This document shows positions 1 through 10,214 of a stretch of 64,000 bases of DNA, one piece after another. The notes below the pieces were generated by a model. The model searched no databases. It was given only the letters and a program-made list of their open reading frames with translations, and had not been told where the DNA came from. The DNA lies in contig JAAFKI010000010.1 in the NCBI GenBank assembly GCA_021399345.1, positions 27,046 to 91,045 of the forward strand. The letters are read 5' to 3'. A program made the position numbers and the translations under genes. Origin of the DNA: Candidatus Heimdallarchaeota archaeon. Lineage in GTDB: Archaea; Asgardarchaeota; Heimdallarchaeia; Heimdallarchaeales; Heimdallarchaeaceae. Each line of letters starts with the position of its first letter. Position 1 is the stretch's first letter.

Positions 1-375
1 TTCTCTGAGATGATAAATTATCACATCAATCATGGAAAATGGGCAACCATTTTAGCATCTAGGGGTTGGAAAATACGCGTTGGAACTGCTGAAGTTGATA
101 CTTCTAATAAAGTTAAAAAATTTGTGGAAAAACCCCAAATACCTTTACTGGTTAACACTGGAATTAGTATTTTGGATCCAATTGTATTCAATTATCTCAA
201 TGAGTTTGATTCCAGTACAAGCATTGATTTATCAAAAGACATATTTCCAAAGTTTGTAGAAAATGAGCAGATGTACGCTTATATTCCAGATGATGTGTAT
301 TGGGAAGATATTGGTTCTATTGAACGTTATGAAAAACTAGATGGCGAATTTATTACTGGAGTAATGCGAAAATAG
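1..375 (+). CDS. NDP-sugar pyrophosphorylase / nucleotidyltransferase family, C-terminal part (5' truncated by window)
   Basis: Frame open from base 1; FVEKP, VNTGISIL, DLSKDIFP, YWEDIGS motifs. Confidence 0.85.
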   Translation, partial: FSEMINYHINHGKWATILASRGWKIRVGTAEVDTSNKVKKFVEKPQIPLLVNTGISILDPIVFNYLNEFDSSTSIDLSKDIFPKFVENEQMYAYIPDDVYWEDIGSIERYEKLDGEFITGVMRK

Positions 376-443
376 TAATATTTACATTTTAATTTGAAAT
401 CTTAAAGGAAACATTATTATTGATTTGTTAAAAAGGGACTATA

Positions 444-836
444 ATGAAACATAGATTAATGGATTTATTGGCGTGTCCAATTGATAAATCATGGCCTTTG
501 AAATTGGAAATTGCAGAGGAAGTAAAGACATTAGAGAAAATTACAATCCCTATGCAAAATGAACAAACTGAAGTTGTTTGTAACTATTATTGCAATTTTC
601 TTCAATTCCAACTTGTAGAAGTAAGTGATAATGGGGAAGAAAGTATAAAGGAAATCGATGAAATCAAAAAACATGTGTCGCTAAAGGATTGTCAAGAATG
701 TTTCAAAATTGAAATTCAAAGTGGGAAGCTATATTGTTCTCATGACGAAAATCATCAATTTGATATAAAAGAAAGTATTCCAGTTATGCTTACTGAACAA
801 CAACTCAAGGAAATTTACGGGAGAAAAAGAAAATAA
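444..836 (+). CDS. trm112: Trm112 family methyltransferase activator (long form)
   Basis: N-terminal LMDLLACPIDK and C-terminal EIQSGKLYC...FDIKESIPVML; Cys-containing insert. Confidence 0.85.
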   Translation: MKHRLMDLLACPIDKSWPLKLEIAEEVKTLEKITIPMQNEQTEVVCNYYCNFLQFQLVEVSDNGEESIKEIDEIKKHVSLKDCQECFKIEIQSGKLYCSHDENHQFDIKESIPVMLTEQQLKEIYGRKRK

Positions 837-857
837 TTTTTGAAATCATCCACTCTT

Positions 858-1145
858 CTATGTTTTTTCCTTTGAATCAGTTTCTATTTCTTTGTTCTTC
901 TTATTGTCTGTTTTATATGTGTGCCAAATAAAATACACTATTTCAATAAGAATACCCGTCGCTAGTAAGACATTAATTATAACTATCTTTGCTCTAAAAC
1001 TTTCAAAATCAAAGAGAAATTTTTGTACAGACAAGAATATTCCATAGGCTACAACAATCAGTAAAATCATTGTAAGTTGAATACCTGCGGCCCTATCAAT
1101 TTTGTTTATCAGTTTCTTAGCTTTTGTCACTTTCTTATTTGGCAT
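858..1145 (-). CDS. small two-TM membrane protein, last gene of mutSL unit
   Basis: Two hydrophobic segments; 13 bp downstream of mutL. Confidence 0.7.
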   Translation of the reverse strand: MPNKKVTKAKKLINKIDRAAGIQLTMILLIVVAYGIFLSVQKFLFDFESFRAKIVIINVLLATGILIEIVYFIWHTYKTDNKKNKEIETDSKEKT

Positions 1146-1158
1146 TTTTTCACCTGTC

Positions 1159-2973
1159 TTATCTATAATCCCTCTTAAAAAGCTCTTCTATGTATTTTTC
1201 ATTCAATATAATGATGGTTGGTCTTCCATGGGGGCAGGTGAAAGGTTCTTCTAATTCCAGTAACTCTTTCAAAAGCAGTTCCGCTCTATCTAATGTAATT
1301 TTATCCCCAGCTTTAATTGATCTTCTACACGCAAACATGGATATTATGTCCTTTACAAACCCTAGATCTTCTAAATCTAGTTTTTCTTTTATCTCTGAAA
1401 CATTTGTTTTAAAAATATCAATCATGTCCTTTGCTGTATCGAATTCTATAGTTACACCCATAATAGATGGAATTGACCGAATTAATATCTCATTCTTACC
1501 AAAAACTTCAATTTCAAAACCAAATGTTTTGAGATTTTCCTTTATACTTTCTATTATTTCAAATTCAGATGGTTTTAGTGTAACTGAAACAGGAGCAAGT
1601 AACTGCTGAATTGAGACACTTTTCTTTTTTATTTGTCTAACATATTTCTCATAGTTTATTTTTTCATGAGCAGCATGTTGATCACATAAGAATAATCCTT
1701 CTTGGGTTTCAGCAACAATGTAAGTGTCCTTAATAATCCCAAGAACTCTAATACTCTTTTTTCGTTCAAAGCCTTTTTCTTCTAATTCTATGTTTTTATC
1801 CATTGTAGGAAGAAATTTATCAATTCTCTGTTCCTTACTTTTTACAATCTTATAATCTGGTCTTTCTCTCGGACTTACAGAAACAGGTAATTTTCTCTTT
1901 GAAGATTCATGACTTTTGGTTTCAACCGAAGTTAGAGTTGTTGGTTTATGCCTTGTTTCAATAACTGTTTCGAATAATTTTAACCCACTTTTTTCTAATG
2001 ATTCTCTGGTAGCCGATTCAATTAGTGCATATACTTTAGCTTCATTACTAAATCTGATTTCTTTCTTTGTTGGATGTACATTAACATCAACCTCATCTGG
2101 CGGTAAGTCGAAATAGAGAAAAATTATGGGATATCTATTATGGGGAACTGAGGTACCATACCCTCGCGAAACTGCTTCAGATATGACTTTGTTGGTTACA
2201 GATCTTCCATTAACAAAGATATATAGATAGTCTTTGGATTTTCGGGAAAATTCTGGTTTAGTAATAAAACCTGTAACACTGTATTCATTTTCTTTCTTAT
2301 TGATGGGTAAACAAGCTCTGGCAATATTTTCACCAAAGATTGAGGTTATTTGTACAATCAAATCACCTTTGGGAGCTGTAAGTATATCCTTCCCATTATG
2401 AGTAAGTGTGAAAGAAATGCTAGGATTTGCAAGTGCTAGTTTAGTTACATATTCTGTAATGTGATTGATTTCAGTAGATATTGTTTTAAGAAACTTTCTT
2501 CTAACAGGAACATTGAAGAAGAGATTTTTTACGCTAATACGTGTTCCTTTTGGTGCGGAGGCTTGTTTGTCTGAAACAATTTCCCCCCCCTCAATTACTA
2601 AGTGAACTCCTAAATCTGACTCTTCTGTTTTAGTGATTATCTCAACCTGAGCGACACTAACAATGCTTGCTAAAGCCTCTCCTCGAAATCCCAAACTATG
2701 AATTGAAAATAGATCATCTGCACTATTTATTTTGCTGGTTGTGTGCCGATTAATTGACAATTTTGCATCAATAGATTCCATCCCTATTCCATCATCAATA
2801 ACTTCAACAGTTTTTTTCCCTCCCTCTTGAATGTTTATTGTGATTTTGCTACTTTGTGCGTCAATTGAATTTTCTACAAGTTCTTTAACAACAGACGCTG
2901 GACGTTCAATAACCTCTCCAGCAGCTATCTTGTTTATAGTAAGCTTATCTAGTTTGACTATTTTGTTACTCAT
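1159..2973 (-). CDS. mutL: DNA mismatch repair endonuclease MutL
   Basis: IAAGEVIERPASVVKELVENSIDA, GFRGEAL, DQHAAHEKINYE, ACR, CPHGRP. Confidence 0.98.
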   Translation of the reverse strand: MSNKIVKLDKLTINKIAAGEVIERPASVVKELVENSIDAQSSKITINIQEGGKKTVEVIDDGIGMESIDAKLSINRHTTSKINSADDLFSIHSLGFRGEALASIVSVAQVEIITKTEESDLGVHLVIEGGEIVSDKQASAPKGTRISVKNLFFNVPVRRKFLKTISTEINHITEYVTKLALANPSISFTLTHNGKDILTAPKGDLIVQITSIFGENIARACLPINKKENEYSVTGFITKPEFSRKSKDYLYIFVNGRSVTNKVISEAVSRGYGTSVPHNRYPIIFLYFDLPPDEVDVNVHPTKKEIRFSNEAKVYALIESATRESLEKSGLKLFETVIETRHKPTTLTSVETKSHESSKRKLPVSVSPRERPDYKIVKSKEQRIDKFLPTMDKNIELEEKGFERKKSIRVLGIIKDTYIVAETQEGLFLCDQHAAHEKINYEKYVRQIKKKSVSIQQLLAPVSVTLKPSEFEIIESIKENLKTFGFEIEVFGKNEILIRSIPSIMGVTIEFDTAKDMIDIFKTNVSEIKEKLDLEDLGFVKDIISMFACRRSIKAGDKITLDRAELLLKELLELEEPFTCPHGRPTIIILNEKYIEELFKRDYR

Positions 2974-3022
2974 AGAATCACAGATATTCTTTGTTTTGAG
3001 TTAATTCAAGCAATATTTGCTG

Positions 3023-5680
3023 TTATTTCTCTTTCAAAGTTTTTTTACTTTTCTTAACTAAATCGTTTAGGATATTGAATGCTTCTACTGGTGTTGTTTC
3101 TTCTAAATTCAATTTAGAAACATTCTCTACAATTTCTTCATATGCTGAATAAGTACTAGAAACTTGTGATTTTGAAGATTTGGTCTTAACAGTTTCACTT
3201 TTCTTAGTGGTACTTTTTTCTAACTCTTGTTCATGTAATAATGATAAGCGATTATCTGCATTTGTGATAACATCTTCTGGTAATCCTGCTAGTGAAGCAA
3301 CGTGAATTCCAAAACTCTCACTTATTCCTCCTTCTTTCACTTTGTAGAGGAAGTGAATATCTCCATTAACATTCTTGATGGAAACATGATAATTTTTTAT
3401 TCTAGGCATTTTTTCTTCCAGTTCTATTAATTCATGATAGTGTGTTGCAAAAAGTGTTCGTGGTCCATTCTTTCCAATATGGTCATGAAGATATTCTGTT
3501 ATTGACCAAGCTATGGCAACCCCATCATATGTTGATGTTCCTCTACCAACTTCATCTAGAATTACTAAGCTTTTTTCTGTAGCATTATTGAGGATATTAG
3601 CACATTCATACATTTCTACCATGAATGTTGAACGATTTTCTACTAAAACATCATGAGCACCTATTCTTGTAAAAATTCTATCAGTTAGTCCGATTCTTGC
3701 AAAGCTTGCTGGTACAAAACTACCAATTTGAGCCATTAAAACTACTAAAGCAACTTGTCTCAGTAATGTACTTTTTCCTCCCATGTTTGGACCTGTGATA
3801 ATTAATATTCTCTCTGAATCATTTTTCAGTAATGTATCATTTGGAATAAAGGATGTTTGTTCCAATAGTCTTTCAACAACAGGATGTCTCCCGTCCTTTA
3901 TTTCAATAATGCTTTCTTTCGTAATTTCTGGCTTTGAGTAATCATAATAAACTGCATTTTGTGCAAAGGTTCCTATAACATCAATCACAGCACAGTAATT
4001 AGCATTTTGTTGGATTGGTGTGGCATATTGAGTTATTTCCTCTAATAATTGGTCGAATAATTCTTCTTCTAAAACTAGTATTTTTTCTTCAGCGTTTAGA
4101 ATCTTTTCTTCATATTCTTTTAGTTCTGGAGTAATATATCTCTCAGCATTCACAAGTGTTTGTTTTCTTTCATATTCTTGAGGAACATTAACTGCAGAGG
4201 CCTTTGGGACTTCAATATAATAGCCAAATACTTTGTTATAACGAATCTTTAAAGTCTTTATTCCAGTTCGAACTTTCTCTCTTGCTTCTAAAGAAGTAAG
4301 AAATGATTTTCCCCCTCTTTGTATTTTCCTTAGCTCGTCTAGCTCTTCATTATATCCGTCTCTAATAACATTACCATCTTTAATACTCACAGGGACTTCA
4401 TCTTCAATTCCTGTAGCAATTATATTTACCACTTCTGGCAATGGATCAATATTCTTTTTGATATCTTTTATGAGATATGCTTTGAATTCTGAAAGAACTG
4501 CTTTAATATTTGGTATCAATTCCAATGAACTTTTCAAAGCGGTTAAATCTCGTGGTTTACTTCTTCCAAGACATATTCTTCCAATCAGGCGTTCAATATC
4601 ATTCATTCTTCCAAGTATGTTTCTCAATTCTTCTCTAGATACTGAATCAGAGGATAATTCTTCTGTTGCATCAATTCTCTCTTGAATTATTGAAAGATTG
4701 AGACTAGGCCGTAGTATCCATGTTGTGAGCAATCTTGATCCCCCTGGTGTTTTAGTATTATCAAGAACTTGTCTCAGTGTTCCATATTCTGTTCTGTCCC
4801 GTGAATTTTCTATCAATTCAAGATTTCTAATAGTGCTGAAATCAAGTAACATATGGTCTTGACTTTTGATTTGACTAATTTTTGTGATATTTGGAAAATT
4901 TTCTCTCATTTGAGTTTCTTTAATGTATCTGAGTGTAGCTCCTGCTGCTCCTATCGAAGGAACGAATTCGTTTACTCCATATCCATCTAAGCTTAGAACA
5001 TCGAATAATCTACGAAGATTCTGAAGTCCTTGCTCAATATCAAAAAAATAATCATCTCTATATGTGATAGTACACTTTTGCTGATCAAAATAGATATTCA
5101 ATTTTGCCCAGAATTCTTGGGTTACTATGATTTCTGATGGATTAAGGCGGGTTAATTCTACTTCTAGTAAATTCTTTGCTTTTTCACCTTCAAAATCTGT
5201 AACTAAAAACTCACCTGTAGATAAATCTAGAGCTGAAAGACCTATCAAATTTCCCTCCTTGTAAATTGCAGCTAAGTAATTATTATACCCCTTTGCTAGA
5301 GATTCTGGTAAAGTGATTGTTCCTCTGGAGATTAACTGCACAACTCCTCTTTTTACAATTTTCTTAGTTGTTTGTGGATCCTCCAATTGTTCAACCATTG
5401 CAACCTTGTACCCATTTTCTACCATTTTGGCAATATATGCATCCACTGCATGATATGGAACACCTGCTAAAGGAAATTTCTTTTCTCCTAGTGTGCGAGC
5501 TGTGAGAGTAATATTAAGAACTCGAGAAGCTATTTGTGCATCTTCATTAAATGTTTCATAGAAATCTCCCGCTCTGAAAAATATGATATACTCAGAATAT
5601 TGTTTCTTAATATCCTGCCATTGTTGCATCATTGGGGTTAGTTTAGGCATAAGCTTTCTATCATCAAAACGCTTCATCAT
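3023..5680 (-). CDS. mutS: DNA mismatch repair protein MutS (MutS1)
   Basis: TPMMQQW, GDFYE, TGPNMGGKST, STFMVEM, DEVGRGTST, FATHYHEL. Confidence 0.98.
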   Translation of the reverse strand: MMKRFDDRKLMPKLTPMMQQWQDIKKQYSEYIIFFRAGDFYETFNEDAQIASRVLNITLTARTLGEKKFPLAGVPYHAVDAYIAKMVENGYKVAMVEQLEDPQTTKKIVKRGVVQLISRGTITLPESLAKGYNNYLAAIYKEGNLIGLSALDLSTGEFLVTDFEGEKAKNLLEVELTRLNPSEIIVTQEFWAKLNIYFDQQKCTITYRDDYFFDIEQGLQNLRRLFDVLSLDGYGVNEFVPSIGAAGATLRYIKETQMRENFPNITKISQIKSQDHMLLDFSTIRNLELIENSRDRTEYGTLRQVLDNTKTPGGSRLLTTWILRPSLNLSIIQERIDATEELSSDSVSREELRNILGRMNDIERLIGRICLGRSKPRDLTALKSSLELIPNIKAVLSEFKAYLIKDIKKNIDPLPEVVNIIATGIEDEVPVSIKDGNVIRDGYNEELDELRKIQRGGKSFLTSLEAREKVRTGIKTLKIRYNKVFGYYIEVPKASAVNVPQEYERKQTLVNAERYITPELKEYEEKILNAEEKILVLEEELFDQLLEEITQYATPIQQNANYCAVIDVIGTFAQNAVYYDYSKPEITKESIIEIKDGRHPVVERLLEQTSFIPNDTLLKNDSERILIITGPNMGGKSTLLRQVALVVLMAQIGSFVPASFARIGLTDRIFTRIGAHDVLVENRSTFMVEMYECANILNNATEKSLVILDEVGRGTSTYDGVAIAWSITEYLHDHIGKNGPRTLFATHYHELIELEEKMPRIKNYHVSIKNVNGDIHFLYKVKEGGISESFGIHVASLAGLPEDVITNADNRLSLLHEQELEKSTTKKSETVKTKSSKSQVSSTYSAYEEIVENVSKLNLEETTPVEAFNILNDLVKKSKKTLKEK

Positions 5681-5695
5681 TTCTACTCTCTTTAG

Positions 5696-6520
5696 CTATC
5701 TTCTCTTAAATTCTTTTTTCTTTTGAATATAAAAATCATATACATCTTTTGGTTGTTTCTTAGGATCTGCTGCACCCCAAGAGTATATGTCTTCAGGATT
5801 ATCTTCGCTTAAGTAGAACCATCCCCCTTCTTCAATAATTTTCTTCAGTTGATTTATTATGGCAACTCCGGCACTAGCACCTAATCTGTCTGCACTTGCA
5901 TTGACCAGCCGTACAGCGGTCCTTGCAGTTTTTATTCCCCCTGCTGCTTTTACGCTTAGATCTTTACCAACAGCTTGTCGCATAAGAGCAATGTGATCAA
6001 TAAAAGCTCCCATCGGTCCAAAACCTGTTGATGTTTTTACATAATGAGCACCTGAACTTTTCGAAATTTGACTGGCTTTAACAATCTGATCATCAGTTAG
6101 AAATCCTGTTTCTAATATCACTTTTACAATTACACCATCTGCAGCTTGAACTACTCTGCTGATATCCTTACCTACAGCGAAATAGTTATTTTCTCTGAAA
6201 CTACCTATGTCCATAACCATATCGATTTCATTTGCACCATAACTAATTGCTTCCAAAGTTTCAGTTTCTTTTGTTTTTGATGTAGAAGCTCCCAACGGAA
6301 AACCAACAACTGCTGCAATATTAACCTCAGATTTTTTTAGAATTTCTCTACAAAAGGATATATGTTCAGAATTAACACAAACGGCAGCAAAATTGTATTT
6401 TAGCGCTTCTTCACACAATTTGCTAATGTCTTTCTTTGTAGCAAATGCTTTAAGATTTGTATGATCAATCATACGTGCAAGTTTTTCAGGAGATATTTTT
6501 AGGGAATACACAATATACAA
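5696..6520 (-). CDS. deoC: deoxyribose-phosphate aldolase with C-terminal extension
   Basis: IDHTNL, VGFPLG, EIDMV, KVILET, VKTSTGF, KAAGGI, RLGAS; start codon uncertain. Confidence 0.95.
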   Translation of the reverse strand: MYIVYSLKISPEKLARMIDHTNLKAFATKKDISKLCEEALKYNFAAVCVNSEHISFCREILKKSEVNIAAVVGFPLGASTSKTKETETLEAISYGANEIDMVMDIGSFRENNYFAVGKDISRVVQAADGVIVKVILETGFLTDDQIVKASQISKSSGAHYVKTSTGFGPMGAFIDHIALMRQAVGKDLSVKAAGGIKTARTAVRLVNASADRLGASAGVAIINQLKKIIEEGGWFYLSEDNPEDIYSWGAADPKKQPKDVYDFYIQKKKEFKRR

Positions 6521-6739
6521 ATATATTGAAAATACAAAAATATTCCGAATGTTTTGTTTTTATATGCATTAGTGACTTTTTACTGCAAATTTTTATTTTG
6601 AAACCCTCTAATCAAAGTTTTATCCTATTTTCAAAAGTGCTGTGATTTAAATTTAAAAAAATAAAATGTATAAGAAGCCAAAATATTTAAAATCATTCCT
6701 CCTCATTGGCACAAAGATTAGAAACACGAGGTTTCATTT

Positions 6740-8833
6740 ATGAAGAAAATCAGAAGTACGATGTTTACTTTGACTATACTAGTTGTAATTTCAATGTCAT
6801 TAATAACAATGTCCGGATTAGTTCAAGGTTACTCCAACGATATCATGGTAACTGAACCAACCAATCTAAGCAATCCCATCCCCCCAATTAGTGAAGAAGT
6901 TTATTCCCTTTCATCTAATTACACCTATGGGTTTAACGCAACTGCTGTTGTTAATAGAACAGTAGAAATGCAGACTTTTGGCACTCTGGGTTTAATAGAT
7001 TCTATTGAAGTAAATATCATTGGGAATGAAAGCGTGATGACATATTTCAATTACACTCTGCCTAACATTCATGTTGATAATATTACATTTGCAAGTTTCC
7101 GTGTTTCGAATGCATCATATGAAGGTATAGGGAACTCAACTGCTAAGAGAACCTATACTTTTCAGAAATATATTAATTACACAACCTTCACGGTTCCATT
7201 TAACCTAGACTTAACAAGTATTGGTCAAGGAGCTCAATATTTCATCAATGTCTATATTGAATTTGCATATCCTTATACATATACAATTGTTAATACTGAA
7301 CAAGTGCTCAAGTATGAGGAATTAGTTTACCCTTTAATCAATAATATTCCAATAGTTGATGGATTAGTCTGGATAGAAAAACAAGGAGGAGATATTTTCT
7401 TAGACGATGCGGAACATACAATAACTCCTAACAATTCTACAGAAGGCATAATATTAATCACTGATGCCGAAACTGGTCTTCTAAAGTGGTCTAACATAAC
7501 TAGAGAGCCATTTAATTATACTCAATCATATGAAGATGATTTGATGTTGAACGTCTATTTATCATCAGTTAGTGCTTCCGGTGATGTAGAAAATCCTGCT
7601 AACACAATTCTGTTTAAATCATCTAATGTGTATCGGAAAATTGAAATTGATCCTTTTGGTTTGGTTAAGATAACAGAATCTCAAACATTAGTTTTTCTTG
7701 GTCCTAAGAAACCAGATGATTATAATGAAATAGATCTAAAACCATATGCTCTGAACGCCTTTCCTATAATTATGCCAATAAATGCAACCGTCATAGATCT
7801 ATACGACGATGTAGGTTCATTAAATCAAATTTATCAAGTTGAGAATCAAATATTTACTCCGGGGGCATATAATCAACGTCCTAGCGTTTTTCCAGGTCAT
7901 GATGCATTGGTGATATTTCCAAGAACACCATTGTTCAATGGGGACCAAATGGTCTTCACCATAATTTATAAAGTTCCTTTGAATACCTTCTTAACAAAAG
8001 AAACAGGCTCTATTAACTATAAGTTTTCATTTGAGCCATGTTCTATCGTGAATTGGACCATTGATGAACTCAAAGTAGATGTTATTCTACCTAAGGGAGC
8101 TGTATACCAAGAAATTCAATACAATAATCCTGATCCCTATCAAGATATGTATATAAGTTACGATAAAAAATTCGAATTCACTACACTTGGATTTAAACGC
8201 ATTATGAGCTTTAAGTTCACTACTTTTTCAGGTAATGACAATGCTCCTGTAATAATCAGTTACCGCTATTCGAGATTGAACATATTGATTACTTATTTAT
8301 TACAAGTAATTGTTGTAGGTGTAGTCTTTGCAATCTATCTTGGTATTAGGTGGTCAACAAAGAAAGCTAAAGATTTAGTGGTAGATGAATCGGATAAAGA
8401 ATTTATTCCAGTGGATGAAATCGAGGAATTTGTTAAACAATATGAAGAAATTTTATCTATTCGTGAAAGATTACGGGAAACTAGGTCAAAATTAGCTGCA
8501 AAGAAATTGAAAGCTAAAGCAGGCAAAGATTTGATTGCCAAACTCGAGAAACGCCAAAGAATAGAGGAAGAAGATCTGAAGAAGACAAAAGAATCTCTGA
8601 TAGCTTTTGGTGGAAGATATAAGGAAAATGTTCAAAAGATCGAGATTGCAGAAAGAAAACTTTACGAAGAAAGAAGAAATCTTCGCATGCTTCAACAAGA
8701 ATACAGGGTCAAGAAGAACATGACAAGAGAGTCATATATGAAACTCTTCAGAGAAAGGCAACAAACTATTGAGAAACTAAAGAACGAAATTAATAGTCAC
8801 TTAATCAGTCTAAGAATGCTTTTAGAACCTTAA
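6740..8833 (+). CDS. ribophorin I (OST1/RPN1)-like oligosaccharyltransferase subunit
   Basis: Signal peptide; VNRTVEM, VYRKIEIDPFGLVKITE, YDDVG, PRTPLFNG...FTIIYKVP, VILPKGA match ribophorin I blocks; single TM then helical cytoplasmic tail. Confidence 0.8.
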   Translation: MKKIRSTMFTLTILVVISMSLITMSGLVQGYSNDIMVTEPTNLSNPIPPISEEVYSLSSNYTYGFNATAVVNRTVEMQTFGTLGLIDSIEVNIIGNESVMTYFNYTLPNIHVDNITFASFRVSNASYEGIGNSTAKRTYTFQKYINYTTFTVPFNLDLTSIGQGAQYFINVYIEFAYPYTYTIVNTEQVLKYEELVYPLINNIPIVDGLVWIEKQGGDIFLDDAEHTITPNNSTEGIILITDAETGLLKWSNITREPFNYTQSYEDDLMLNVYLSSVSASGDVENPANTILFKSSNVYRKIEIDPFGLVKITESQTLVFLGPKKPDDYNEIDLKPYALNAFPIIMPINATVIDLYDDVGSLNQIYQVENQIFTPGAYNQRPSVFPGHDALVIFPRTPLFNGDQMVFTIIYKVPLNTFLTKETGSINYKFSFEPCSIVNWTIDELKVDVILPKGAVYQEIQYNNPDPYQDMYISYDKKFEFTTLGFKRIMSFKFTTFSGNDNAPVIISYRYSRLNILITYLLQVIVVGVVFAIYLGIRWSTKKAKDLVVDESDKEFIPVDEIEEFVKQYEEILSIRERLRETRSKLAAKKLKAKAGKDLIAKLEKRQRIEEEDLKKTKESLIAFGGRYKENVQKIEIAERKLYEERRNLRMLQQEYRVKKNMTRESYMKLFRERQQTIEKLKNEINSHLISLRMLLEP

Positions 8834-8842
8834 TTCTCTATT

Positions 8843-8882
8843 CCCTTTTTTCTTTTATTTTTATTTTTATTTATCTTATTTC
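8843..8882 (+). terminator. T-rich archaeal terminator tract
   Basis: Repeated TTTT(A) runs directly after the stop codon. Confidence 0.5.
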
Positions 8883-8925
8883 TGAAAAAACTTATAAGAA
8901 GCTCCGCGATTTTTATTTTACTAAA

Positions 8926-9339
8926 GTGGGAATCATGCATCTTGAAAGTATAACTGAGAGCGCGGAAACAATAGGAAAAGAAGTTCCAGGTCTTTTTGAC
9001 GTTGCACAAGACCTTGCTCAGGTTTTGAAGAAAGGTAGGCTTATGCTCAATAAATTATTTGATCAATGTAATCGTGAAGGATTAAACATAGATTTGAGCC
9101 CTGAAGAGCAGAATGAAATTTCTTTGAAAGTAGCATTAGTGACCAATCCTGACCAAGTTTTTCAATATGCACGAATTGTACAGCTTGTTTTTCAACTCAA
9201 CTATTTCTCAAAATGCTATGAAAAAGCATTAGGATATGAAAAACTCCCCAATATTATAGAAAAAGAGGCTAAAAAACTTCATGTGAAAATAGAAGAGTTT
9301 CGCAGACTAATAGAAAAGGAATACGTAGCAAGTATTTAG
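8926..9339 (+). CDS. hypothetical helical protein
   Basis: 137 aa ORF filling the gap, plausible upstream TATA; no recognised motif. Confidence 0.65.
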   Translation: MGIMHLESITESAETIGKEVPGLFDVAQDLAQVLKKGRLMLNKLFDQCNREGLNIDLSPEEQNEISLKVALVTNPDQVFQYARIVQLVFQLNYFSKCYEKALGYEKLPNIIEKEAKKLHVKIEEFRRLIEKEYVASI

Positions 9340-9412
9340 TAGAGTTCTTATTTTCTACTAATCATAAGAAAGATTTATTGAATTCAAGTTTTACTGGTAG
9401 GTTGACTTCAAA

Positions 9413-10168
9413 ATGCTTAGTAAAAATGAGTTAGAGAAATACAATCGTCAAATTATAATCTCAAACATCGGTGTTGAGGGTCAAAAAACACTGAAATCAA
9501 GTAAAGTTTTGGTAATAGGTTTAGGCGGGTTAGGTTCTAGCGTTGTATATTACTTAGCTTCAGCTGGGGTTGGAAATTTAGGATTACTAGATCAAGATAG
9601 AGTAGAATTGTCCAATTTAAATCGTCAAATTTTACATTATGAAACTGATCTGGATAAAACTAAAACAGATTCAGCATTCAACAAACTTTCTCAACTCAAT
9701 TCAGATATAGAAATAATATTACACAAAACTCATCTTAATGAAAGTAATGCAGAAAAAATAATCTCTGGTTATGATTTTGTAGTAGAAGCGAGTGATAATT
9801 TTGAAACAAAATTCCTTGTAAATGATATGTGTATCAAATTGGGGGTACCTTTTGTGATAGGTGGTGTATTCCAGTTTGAAGGACAAATGATAACTGTTTT
9901 ACCTAAAGAAACAGCTTGTTACAGATGTGTTTTCAAAGAAATACCCACACCGGGTACTTATCCCACTACTGGAGAAGAGGGAGTTATGGGGACAACAGCA
10001 GGATTTTTTGGTTTAATAGAAGCCAATGAAGCTATAAAATATCTGATTTTCAAAGATAAAGATAAACTACTTGCTAACAAAATACTACACGCTGATTTAC
10101 AATACAACAGCTTCGAAACCTTCGAAGTTGAGAGAGATGTAAATTGCATTTGTAGAAGAAATAACTAA
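9413..10168 (+). CDS. MoeB/ThiF family E1-like adenylyltransferase
   Basis: YNRQ, GLGGLG, DRVELSNLNRQ, SDNF, CYRC. Confidence 0.93.
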   Translation: MLSKNELEKYNRQIIISNIGVEGQKTLKSSKVLVIGLGGLGSSVVYYLASAGVGNLGLLDQDRVELSNLNRQILHYETDLDKTKTDSAFNKLSQLNSDIEIILHKTHLNESNAEKIISGYDFVVEASDNFETKFLVNDMCIKLGVPFVIGGVFQFEGQMITVLPKETACYRCVFKEIPTPGTYPTTGEEGVMGTTAGFFGLIEANEAIKYLIFKDKDKLLANKILHADLQYNSFETFEVERDVNCICRRNN

Positions 10169-10214
10169 ATAATACAAGGTAAAGTTTTTTATCTTAAGAT
10201 TAGGATTTCACAAT

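Noticed and set aside
444-836. Long Trm112 as a eukaryote-specific trait
   Set aside because: Long Cys-containing forms also occur in other archaea, so length alone is not distinctive.
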